The position numbers and the translations under genes were made by a program. From positions 12,366 through 76,365 of the forward strand of contig JAETTM010000001.1 in the NCBI GenBank assembly GCA_021769135.1: DNA of 64,000 bases. The letters run 5' to 3'. Of the stretch, positions 55,319 to 63,635 are shown piece by piece (position 1 is the first letter of the stretch; each line of letters starts with the position of its first letter). The notes under the pieces are model-generated. The model made no database searches. It was not told where the DNA came from and worked only from the letters and a program-made list of their open reading frames with translations. This stretch comes from Lachnospiraceae bacterium. GTDB lineage: Bacteria; Bacillota; Clostridia; Lachnospirales; Lachnospiraceae.

Positions 55319-55989
55319 CTATTGTATACAGTTGCATGTATCTTCTTGCTTAATTTTATATATTTGTTCCATAGCCTCTTGGCATGAAGCCTCAAAGGTT
55401 CCATTGTCTGCATATTTCACTTCAATAATACATCCTATTTTTTCAGGCGGAATTATAATCCTAATATCCGTATAACTAATCCCTGACTCCACATTGGATT
55501 CTGCTATCCAGCTAACCTCTGCCTTCAGCAATCCCCGGTTACCTTTGCCCTGAAACACATCCTTGTCCACATCTGTCAGCTTTATGCTTTCCAAAAGATA
55601 TTGATGCCTGCGCACTTCCTTATTGATAACTTTTGACATTTTCTTCAATGCCGAATCGTATGATGAACCGTTCACATCTTTTAGGTTGAGGAAAATAACC
55701 GGATATTTCCCCATATATTCGTCGCATAATTCTTTTTCATTGGATATTTCCAGCCCTTGAACAGGGAAGAAGCATCCGTTCCTATTTCGAAAAAAGTTTT
55801 CAGCATATCCATGTTCAGGCTTTTCCCGAAACGGCGAGGTCGCGTAAACGGGTTCACACTTCCCCATGTATGGAGCAGGTCTCTAATAAATTCTGTCTTA
55901 TCCACATAGTAAAACCCTTTCGTCCTGATGTCGCGAAAAAATTCTATTCCTATTGGCAGTTTCATTTCTTTTCTTGCCATCCCGCCCAT
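55319..55989 (-). pseudogene. Decayed copy of the 51309-53021 AAA-ATPase/PDDEXK_9 gene (frameshift plus large internal deletion)
   Basis: The two track ORFs (55681-55989 and 55319-55867) together reproduce MGGMARKEMKLPIGIEFF.DIRTKGFYYVDKT..RPRRFGKSLNMDMLKTFFEIGTDAS, then in another frame GLEISNE.ELC.EYMGKYPVIFLNLKDVNGSSYDSALKKMSKVI.KEVRRHQYLLES..LTDVDKDV. This jumps directly to LLKAE.SWIAESNVESG..YTDI.IIVP.EKIGCIIEVKYA. Confidence 0.8.
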
Positions 55990-56061
55990 ACTTTGTTCTC
56001 CCTTCCTGATTTACCATTATCAATCTGATATATTAGAAGTTAATGATTCGATGTATTAATT

Positions 56062-56090
56062 ATTCTACCATACACCATTTTTCATTACAA
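56062..56090 (-). promoter_or_regulatory. Copy of the TTGTAA-17-TAGAAT promoter, upstream of the pseudogene
   Basis: Minus strand CTTGTAATGAAAAATGGTGTATGGTAGAATA. Confidence 0.4.
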
Positions 56091-56100
56091 GATTTGCATT

Positions 56101-56215
56101 GAAAAGAACCAGAAATATGCCCAGCAGATACTTTCCTCTAAATCCATTGGAATTCATATCAGACGTGGATTCCGCAAAGAAACAATTGGCAGAGCATCCC
56201 AATCACCGCATTAGG
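56101..56215 (+). pseudogene. Three-piece remnant of the GT11 fucosyltransferase gene
   Basis: gaaaagaaccagaaatatgcccagcagatactttcctctaaatccattgg matches 54279-54330. attccgcaaagaaacaattggcagagcatccc matches 54394-54425. accgcattaggctata matches 54654-54670. Confidence 0.65.
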
Positions 56216-57370
56216 CTATAATTTTTCCAGCACACAATCTATATTGTTCTGTAAACCTTTTAATATAGCATCCTTTCTCTTTGCAGGAAGCACAGGGTTC
56301 ATGGACAATATATCCGAAACTTTATCCGCAAAGCCTTTTAAGCCTGTATTATCGAACCAATTAAAGTTTTCGAATAATTCCAGCTGTTCTTTGGGCGCCA
56401 TACCATTCCGTCCAAAGGGCTTTGCCATATACTGATAATCAACGTATCTGTCCAAAATAAGCTTATCATGCCAAAGACAGGAGCCCGAATCGTATATTGG
56501 TGCCAACCGCGTATATTCCAGCGTCTCCACATTACGGATGAGTCCAAAATTTCTATAATGCCTGTCATGATTCGCAAGGATAAAGTCACAGGTAAACATC
56601 TTTGCAAAGTGTTCAAGAATATCTGAATGGGGGATTCCGCATTTTTCGCACAGACTTATACAGAACTGATAGTCATTCTGATAGTTTGGCTTTATGCTGT
56701 TTTTCAAAATATCCCACATGGGGATGAGTTCCTCATCCTCGCACAACATATTTGGACAGGCAGAGTATCTTCCTTGCAAGGTATAAGGCACATAATCTTT
56801 TTCCAGCAAAATGGCCTTGTGAAGCAGCGTAGCAACTGTCTCGTTGTAAGGCTCCTGAAAGAAGGGGCCGGAACCTGATTTTAACAGAATCCTCCGCCCA
56901 TCTTGTATTGCCCATTTTTTCTGCAAATCGCCGTTCAACGTGCTGTTCGGGGAAAACATGTTTTCGGATGAATCATGCGACTGCTGCTTTTCCCCCAAGG
57001 TGATAACGCCTAAATCATCCGAGAACGGATTATCAAAGAAGTTCACATCCGCCCATTTAATTTCCAGATTATCGGTCATCCAATATCTATCGGACAAGGA
57101 GAGCCCCATGTTCTGCTCGGGAAGTTCCATAGTATCATCCAGATAGGGAAAATCCTTTGCCAAATGGTTCCTTGATGCAGGGATTGCACGGTTTTTCCAC
57201 CAATCATTTAGCAGGCGTCTTTCTGGTATGCCCTTTGTATTAAGTATTACAGGAGACGCATGGCGGACATCGTATATTTCAGTTATTTTTGTGAAAACAT
57301 GAAGTTCGTCATCATATATTGCCTGTAGTATAGGGTAATCTTTATTGAATAAAGTCATATGCTTCTCCAT
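56216..57370 (-). CDS. HipA-like serine/threonine kinase (toxin-type)
   Basis: 384 aa. LNDWWKNRAIPASR..GLSLSDRYWM..LNGDLQKKW..FILANHDRHYRNFGLI..APIYDSGSCLW. Confidence 0.8.
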   Translation of the reverse strand: MEKHMTLFNKDYPILQAIYDDELHVFTKITEIYDVRHASPVILNTKGIPERRLLNDWWKNRAIPASRNHLAKDFPYLDDTMELPEQNMGLSLSDRYWMTDNLEIKWADVNFFDNPFSDDLGVITLGEKQQSHDSSENMFSPNSTLNGDLQKKWAIQDGRRILLKSGSGPFFQEPYNETVATLLHKAILLEKDYVPYTLQGRYSACPNMLCEDEELIPMWDILKNSIKPNYQNDYQFCISLCEKCGIPHSDILEHFAKMFTCDFILANHDRHYRNFGLIRNVETLEYTRLAPIYDSGSCLWHDKLILDRYVDYQYMAKPFGRNGMAPKEQLELFENFNWFDNTGLKGFADKVSDILSMNPVLPAKRKDAILKGLQNNIDCVLEKL

Positions 57371-57487
57371 AATATTGGGTTCCTTTCCTTATATATGCCT
57401 TTTTCATCCCTTTCTTATTTCAATAGCTTGTTTCACTTCCATTTCCTCTAATTCTATGTCATATTCATCCATAATGATGCTTCTCTC

Positions 57488-58213
57488 CTAGGCCATTTTA
57501 TACCTCTGCTCTTCTATGTATAAAACCACCGTATCAATCAGTTCTTCCAAAAAACCTACCACAAATTCTTCATTATGCTTCATATCCGAAATGCTATCCT
57601 CCCTCACGGCATCCACGAAGGAAACCGCCCCATGGGCCAAATTATTTCGGTTTGACTTTATATTCTCCAATATATCCGGCCTAAAATTTCCACTTGTTGT
57701 CCGAACCTGAATGCCATGTGATGCAAAAGTCTCTTTAATAGAAATCCCGTCCAAGTTTCCTGCTGGCAATGTATTTCTCGACTTCATTTCAATCGTTTTG
57801 CCTTCTAAAATTGCATTTATGATATCTTCGTTTTTCTTTAAGAAAGTGGTGAAATTTGCATTCGGGTCACTTGCCGACTTAAGCAAAGTTTTTCTCCACA
57901 ACGCTTTTATAGACATATTAACATCTACATATGTCAAATGATGCATCCTGATTTCATCATAAATACTATCCATTAAATTAGCCACCGTATACTCAATAAT
58001 ATTATAAATCATCAAAGACACATTCGACTTCAATATATTAATTAGTGATTGATATGTCAGCTGTATTCCGTTCTCTCCGGAATGAAAAAATTTGCTGAAT
58101 TTACTAACCCCGTCCTCTCTCTCATTTTCTTTTTGTTCTAAAAATTCCATTAATTCGATAAATTCCTCAATTTCCTTCTTTCTGCTATCATATGTATCTC
58201 TAAATACTATCAT
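57488..58213 (-). CDS. HEPN-like protein (Rx4H motif; resembles the MAE_28990/MAE_18760 family)
   Basis: 241 aa, helical. SNRNNLAHG is an R-x4-H HEPN catalytic motif near the C-terminus. Starts 4 nt downstream of the DUF262 gene. Confidence 0.65.
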   Translation of the reverse strand: MIVFRDTYDSRKKEIEEFIELMEFLEQKENEREDGVSKFSKFFHSGENGIQLTYQSLINILKSNVSLMIYNIIEYTVANLMDSIYDEIRMHHLTYVDVNMSIKALWRKTLLKSASDPNANFTTFLKKNEDIINAILEGKTIEMKSRNTLPAGNLDGISIKETFASHGIQVRTTSGNFRPDILENIKSNRNNLAHGAVSFVDAVREDSISDMKHNEEFVVGFLEELIDTVVLYIEEQRYKMA

Positions 58214-58217
58214 TTAT

Positions 58218-59309
58218 TCATTCCCCTTGTAGAAGTTTATTTTTAACAAATTCTATTCTCCCAATTAACTTGCTCTTGTTATTGGCAGCATCGGATTTGG
58301 TGATATTCGAGAAATCGTCACCGTCAATCCAGCTTGAGATATCCTTGACAGGCAAACACGGATTTTCTTTTAATGCGAGAGTTATCCCAATTGATAATGC
58401 TTCGAACCTGGCTCTTGGCGTTGATTTAGACGTCATCGTTTTTCTAAATCCTCTTTTGCCTAAAATTTGTTCCGCATAATCCAGCATTTGCTCAAATTGA
58501 ATACGATATTGGCTGATAGCCTTCTTATTTTTTCCACAAATTTCATTTTGCCTCTCGACATATCCATCAATATATTCTGTCACATTTCCATTATATCCCT
58601 CATATCCATTTTCATAGTTTTCCGAATATGCAAAAAACCGGGATACCATCTCAAACCCCTCATATCTGTCTTCCGTAATCTTAGTCCGCGGAGCTAGCTT
58701 ATTGAATTTCGCATTTTTTACGCATTCCTCCAAAAATTCTTTAAATTTCCCCTCAAATGCTCCCCTTCTTGCCTCCGCAGGATTTACATGCAATCCTCCC
58801 GTATTAATTCGTTTAAAAATTTCTTGGCGCACTTTTTCTGTTGTTCCTTCTTCCAGAAAAACCACCCGGATTTTCTGCTGTAGAAATCTGCGCTGAATAG
58901 CTATATCAAAATCTTCAAACTTGAATCCATTGGATTCTGTCAATATCTTCAATCCCTGTAATTCCAAATTGTTCTGGCAAAACTGCACCAATGTCCGTGT
59001 CCGCTGTGCACCGTCCACGATTTCTATCCTTCCATCCTTCGTATCTGAAAAAAACATATACGGAATGGGAAGCCCCATTAATATTGATTCAATAAAAAAA
59101 CATCTGTCCTTGTCATTCCAAACAAATTGCCTCTGATATTCCAAAGGAATATAGAATTCCTCTTTTTCATACTGGTCAATTAAATAATCAATCACATAGT
59201 CCCTTGTATCATATTTAATATCCTGTTTCTTCTCACTAATCTGTTTTGATGACCTTCCTTTTTCCTGTTCCGTCTTTTTCTCTCGCGCGCTCTTCACTAA
59301 TTTCTCCAT
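58218..59309 (-). CDS. DUF262 (ParB/Srx-like, GmrSD N-terminal-type) protein without a DUF1524 nuclease domain
   Basis: FYIPLEYQRQFVWNDKDRCFFIESILMGLPIPYMFF..IEIVDGAQRTRTL (DGQQR-type motif). Overlaps the dcm 3' end by 74 nt. Confidence 0.85.
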   Translation of the reverse strand: MEKLVKSAREKKTEQEKGRSSKQISEKKQDIKYDTRDYVIDYLIDQYEKEEFYIPLEYQRQFVWNDKDRCFFIESILMGLPIPYMFFSDTKDGRIEIVDGAQRTRTLVQFCQNNLELQGLKILTESNGFKFEDFDIAIQRRFLQQKIRVVFLEEGTTEKVRQEIFKRINTGGLHVNPAEARRGAFEGKFKEFLEECVKNAKFNKLAPRTKITEDRYEGFEMVSRFFAYSENYENGYEGYNGNVTEYIDGYVERQNEICGKNKKAISQYRIQFEQMLDYAEQILGKRGFRKTMTSKSTPRARFEALSIGITLALKENPCLPVKDISSWIDGDDFSNITKSDAANNKSKLIGRIEFVKNKLLQGE

Positions 59310-60366
59310 AATTATCCCCTTTTCTTTTAAAGTTCTTCAAATGTTGGCAAATACTTATACCAATCGCTTTTCCCAGTTCCACCGGAACTGCATTTCCAAT
59401 ATGTGTTCCTAACTCTCTTTTTTTAGCCAGATGGTCTTCATCCACAAAAATATAATCCTCTGGAAATGATTGTAGGATAGCCCCTTCTCGAAGTGAAATT
59501 GCCCGATTCTGTTCTGGATGGCCAAAACGCCCGTTCCCATATCCATAAAACTGCGTTGTTATTGTAGGTGATGGCTCATCCCATTTCATACGTCCATAAA
59601 CTGAAGGATAAGTGCTGCCTGAACTCTTTTTATGACAATCCAGCCTCAATTCTTCATCCCATTCCCTCCATGTTCCACCTGGCACAGACTGCTCTATCCG
59701 CCTTCGATTAATAGGAGATAATCTGCTGGAACGGTGCATCGCATCATTCCCATATATCTCCCCATCTTTAATAGCTGGCAAATGTCCTATCGCCATCCAT
59801 ACGGTTCGATAATTTTTCCCATTATATATTGGAGGAATCAGATGAATTTCTCCTAACCTTGAAGCTAATAAAACTAATCTCTTCCTATGCTGCGGAACCC
59901 CATATTGCATGCAGTTTACCACCTGATAATCAACAAAATATCCAAGTTCCTGTAATGTGGCTACGAAATCGCCAAAAACCACCTCTTCCCGCAAATTCGG
60001 CACGTTTTCCATTGACACAATTTCTGGGATGCATTCCTTCACCAAACGTCCAAACGAATACAGCAGTTTCCACTTTTCGTCAGGATGACCGTCTTTTCGA
60101 TATCTGCTTGAATATTTGGAAAACGGCTGGCAAGGTGCACATCCTACTAAAATTTTAATTTCTGCGCCTTGATAGTATTTCATTATTTCTTCCGGTTCAA
60201 CATTTACAATATCTTCGCATATAAAGTCAGAATTATTATTCTTTTCATATGCAAATCTACAACTTTCATCCACATCAAATCCTGCTGCCACATCTATGCC
60301 GGCCAATGACAGTCCTTTTGTCAAACCTCCGATTCCACAAAACAAGTCCACCGCAGTGCCTATCAT
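59236..60366 (-). CDS. dcm: DNA (cytosine-5)-methyltransferase
   Basis: Motif I DLFCGIGG, motif IV GCAPCQPFS, motif VI MENVPN, motif VIII QHRKRL, motif X IGNAVPV. Start placed at MIGTAV (GGAGAG SD); an ATG at 60381 is also possible. The track ORF start (60447) lies inside a predicted promoter. Confidence 0.9.
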   Translation of the reverse strand: MIGTAVDLFCGIGGLTKGLSLAGIDVAAGFDVDESCRFAYEKNNNSDFICEDIVNVEPEEIMKYYQGAEIKILVGCAPCQPFSKYSSRYRKDGHPDEKWKLLYSFGRLVKECIPEIVSMENVPNLREEVVFGDFVATLQELGYFVDYQVVNCMQYGVPQHRKRLVLLASRLGEIHLIPPIYNGKNYRTVWMAIGHLPAIKDGEIYGNDAMHRSSRLSPINRRRIEQSVPGGTWREWDEELRLDCHKKSSGSTYPSVYGRMKWDEPSPTITTQFYGYGNGRFGHPEQNRAISLREGAILQSFPEDYIFVDEDHLAKKRELGTHIGNAVPVELGKAIGISICQHLKNFKRKGDNYGEISEERAREKDGTGKRKVIKTD

Positions 60367-60418
60367 AATTATTCTCTCCATATCCACATCCATTCCCTGC
60401 ATAGGTCTTGGATATTCT

Positions 60419-60447
60419 TTTATATACATATTACCATAGTTTATCAA
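60419..60447 (-). promoter_or_regulatory. Candidate promoter of the dcm-DUF262-HEPN operon
   Basis: Minus strand TTGATA - 17 nt - TATAAA. Confidence 0.45.
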
Positions 60448-60518
60448 TACACAACATATAAATTAAAATAGCAACTTCTTTCTGACAGGGAATATTTAGA
60501 GTATTTCCGCGTGATAAC

Positions 60519-62123
60519 CTAGACTATGGCTTCAATCAAAACCTTATCCCCCAGAATAATCTCACGCACGCCAACCGTTTTTTTCTTGTTAAAATTAAAA
60601 CTGACCATATAACCTGTTTTCTTCCCATAATCATCAAGATACCCTGTCAGCTGTTTCTCTCCGCGGTTATTGTATTCCTCGCCTCTCCAAATTTTCATTT
60701 CAATAATATATTGCTCCCCACGGTAATCCACAATCACATCTGTCCTATGGAGCCCTCTGGTCCTGGATTCTACATAATAATTTCCCTTTCCGTTAATAAT
60801 CGGCTTAAGATAGAGCAAAAAATATTTCCTTCCGTCCTCCTCCACAAAAGCATCTGTCCTGTCGCCATACAATTCATGAAAACGCCTGGTAAACTTTTCA
60901 AGAATCAGCCGCATATTTAAATGCTCATTTATAAGGAATTGATTCTTATCCTGTAAAGACGCCTTATAAATATCCTCCCTCTGCATACTGGCAGCGGCAA
61001 GATAATGATTATAAAGCCTTGTTTCAAAAATCCGGTTAGACATGGCCACCATTCCGTCCTGATTCTTTATAAATCCAAACATCGTTGCCACATCAATGGC
61101 AGGCTCGTCCGAATTGTACACAATATTTTTCCCCGTGAAAAGCAGTTCCTGCAGCATTGCATCCAATTCCGGATAATCCCTTAACTTGCCAAAAAGCGAT
61201 TCGAATAAAGTATTCTTCTCCGCCAGCAAAAGCCTTACCGCTTCATGAAATCCATTTTGGATCCACGCCGCTGCCTTTGTGCCAAATTCCCCATTTTCAC
61301 TGACAATTTCATCCATCAGCTTACATAGACGGGAGACTAAGAACGGATAGCCTGATGTATAATCGTACAGCATCCCGGCCATTCCCTCCACGTTCATCCC
61401 CGTTTCATAATCCTCTTCATACTCCTGAAGCATCCCAGCAATTTCAGCTGCGGAAAAACTCATGTCCACATTAAAATCAGCCGCAATATTCCAGGGGCTG
61501 TTTACTTTGCGCCCTTCTTCCGGATGCATCTTATGTTTAAGATTTTTTATATCATACACCCCGGCCAAAATAACGGATTGGAATGTGGGCTGTTCATCCC
61601 GGTCAATATAGCAGGCCCGCAGCTGCGCAAGAAAATCCAGGAAAACCTGGTGATTCGCCGCACTGTCAACCTCATCCGCCATTAGCACAATTGGCTTATC
61701 GGAAGCTGCACAAATATCTCCCAACCCTTCAAATAATTCCTGCAATTCAAAACCCTCCGGCTTCCCTTCCGCCACTTTTTTCAACTGCCAGGCAGCGCCG
61801 TCTCTTTCTCCGCCATCCCACAGCTTGTTCCTTTTTAGTCTCCGCAGGAAAGAATTAGCAAAAGCTAATGAGAAAGCATTCTCATTCCTGAATTTTGCAT
61901 TTCCAAACGTTTGGAAGTCTATAAGCACTACATAATATTCATTCTGTAAAAGGCGATTCAATGCCCGCAGCGTTGTTGTCTTGCCATACTGCCTCGCCCG
62001 GTTAATGGTAAAATACTTTCCAGCATCCACCAGGCTTTTTATTTCCAGCAATCTGTTTTCTATATTTACCATATAGTGGATTTCCGGTTTACAGTCCGCC
62101 GTTATATTAAATGTTTTTGCCAT
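60519..62123 (-). CDS. AAA-ATPase / C-terminal PD-(D/E)XK nuclease fusion protein (second family)
   Basis: MAKTFNITADCKPEIHYMV..RQYGKTT (Walker A)..VLMADEVD..C-terminal TDVIVDYRGEQYIIEMKIW. The start is uncertain (62123, 62132 or GTG 62144). Confidence 0.8.
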   Translation of the reverse strand: MAKTFNITADCKPEIHYMVNIENRLLEIKSLVDAGKYFTINRARQYGKTTTLRALNRLLQNEYYVVLIDFQTFGNAKFRNENAFSLAFANSFLRRLKRNKLWDGGERDGAAWQLKKVAEGKPEGFELQELFEGLGDICAASDKPIVLMADEVDSAANHQVFLDFLAQLRACYIDRDEQPTFQSVILAGVYDIKNLKHKMHPEEGRKVNSPWNIAADFNVDMSFSAAEIAGMLQEYEEDYETGMNVEGMAGMLYDYTSGYPFLVSRLCKLMDEIVSENGEFGTKAAAWIQNGFHEAVRLLLAEKNTLFESLFGKLRDYPELDAMLQELLFTGKNIVYNSDEPAIDVATMFGFIKNQDGMVAMSNRIFETRLYNHYLAAASMQREDIYKASLQDKNQFLINEHLNMRLILEKFTRRFHELYGDRTDAFVEEDGRKYFLLYLKPIINGKGNYYVESRTRGLHRTDVIVDYRGEQYIIEMKIWRGEEYNNRGEKQLTGYLDDYGKKTGYMVSFNFNKKKTVGVREIILGDKVLIEAIV

Positions 62124-62219
62124 ATGGCGCATACAGGATTTCACGTCCTTTCCTGATAAAATGTTTCCACGCTATTCTGTTACATTCTTTTCCATACTTA
62201 TCTAACATATCGTATAGCT

Positions 62220-62248
62220 ATTCTACCATACGCTATTTTTCATTACAA
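62220..62248 (-). promoter_or_regulatory. Third copy of the TTGTAA-17-TGgTAGAAT promoter
   Basis: Minus strand CTTGTAATGAAAAATAGCGTATGGTAGAATA. Confidence 0.45.
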
Positions 62249-62529
62249 GTTTACCTATAGCAAAAGAAAAACATCTTTGGTATCACAGAACACAAATGCG
62301 GTTGGATTATATGGGGCTACATGACTCTAATTTGAAAAATAATAAACTTTTTTTTAACGGAGATGTCATCTGCTAAAATATATTCCTCAAACTTCGCATT
62401 TGAATAAGCGCAGATGCACCTTGAAAATTCAATAAAAACTGGCAATAAAATAGCATGAAACCGTCTGGCACCAAAACCTTTTTACTTTTCAATGAATTCA
62501 GGCTTAATAGACTATACAAGCATTACAAT

Positions 62530-63396
62530 TTATTTCACCACTACAAACACCGCATGATCTCCGTACCCCTTTTGATTCAGTTCGGCCGTCAAGCTCACAA
62601 ACTCATCCACTTCTTTTTGGGTAAACGTATTTCTTATAGACTCTTCCCCCTGCTCCACATAGGGTATTCCCCTCTGATACAGCAAACTGGATATGAATTG
62701 AGAAACCTGCGAATTATAATGGATGCTTTCTATCCTTAACCCAGCCTTCTGGCAAAGATATACCATGCTCTTCACCGAGTGTAAAAATAAATGCCTTGGG
62801 GCATCCCACTCGAACCAATCTACCCCAAATAGTTCATAGGCCGCATTGGGAAAAACCGGTATGCTGATAAGACACATACCATTTGCATCCAATAAACGTT
62901 CTACGCTTATTAATACTTCCAAAGGGTCCGCCATATGCTCCAAAGAATCGCTCAAACGAATTAAGTCAAAAGTGCCCGTCATCTCATGTATCGTACATTT
63001 TTTAATATGTATACAAGGTTCATAGAATATTTCCTTTTCAATAAATGGGTCACAACCTGTCAAATTTACATGCCCCTGTTCATATTTTTCTATCAGCCAT
63101 TTTCCTGCCCCGCACCCTACATCCAGAATTCTGGTTTCTATCTCCTCCGATGTCTGGGGTTTATGTATCTCAGGTTTTTTAAAGCTGTAATATTCTTTTC
63201 CATAAAAATCCCCAAGGTTTTCTGGTACTTCTAATATCTGCATGCATTGACAGTTGCCGCACTCAAAATAATCGAATTCCTGCCTTGTTCCAAAAAACAT
63301 TTCCTTCACCCGATATACTTTGTGTTCCGCCTCTTCCCCACATATTCTGCATTTACTGTATACCGCTTTATTTTGTCCACTCATATCCATCCCCAC
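62530..63396 (-). CDS. Class I SAM-dependent methyltransferase with an N-terminal Cys4 zinc ribbon
   Basis: CRICGEE..CGNCQC, then ILDVGCGAGKWL..FDLIRLSDSLEHMADP..LDANGMCLISIP. Confidence 0.8.
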   Translation of the reverse strand: MGMDMSGQNKAVYSKCRICGEEAEHKVYRVKEMFFGTRQEFDYFECGNCQCMQILEVPENLGDFYGKEYYSFKKPEIHKPQTSEEIETRILDVGCGAGKWLIEKYEQGHVNLTGCDPFIEKEIFYEPCIHIKKCTIHEMTGTFDLIRLSDSLEHMADPLEVLISVERLLDANGMCLISIPVFPNAAYELFGVDWFEWDAPRHLFLHSVKSMVYLCQKAGLRIESIHYNSQVSQFISSLLYQRGIPYVEQGEESIRNTFTQKEVDEFVSLTAELNQKGYGDHAVFVVVK

Positions 63397-63635
63397 TATA
63401 TCAATTATTTATATATTGCTTATACTGATTCATCTTACTTTAAATCTCTATCTTCATTCAGTATAAATGAATTCTATAAAAACTTCAACTGCGTTGACTT
63501 TTTCATTATTCATGGTTATGATAAATCTAATGTATATAAAGTTTGGCAGGACACCATACTGCCAAAGCCCCGCCACAAACAACGGGGCGTCAAACTTGAA
63601 ACACCCCAAAGGGCGGGGTATTTGGGAGGTCTCTT

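Noticed and set aside
55319-55337. Longer start (MQLYTIAKKG..) for the second Uma2 gene, overlapping the AAA pseudogene.
   Set aside because: The internal ATG at 55298 has an SD and aligns with the paralog's N-terminus. The extension is most likely read-through of pseudogene sequence.
48801-62529. Calling the accessory block an integrative mobile element or prophage remnant.
   Set aside because: I found no integrase, transposase, recombinase, tRNA target or flanking direct repeats. It is therefore described only as a mosaic accessory region.
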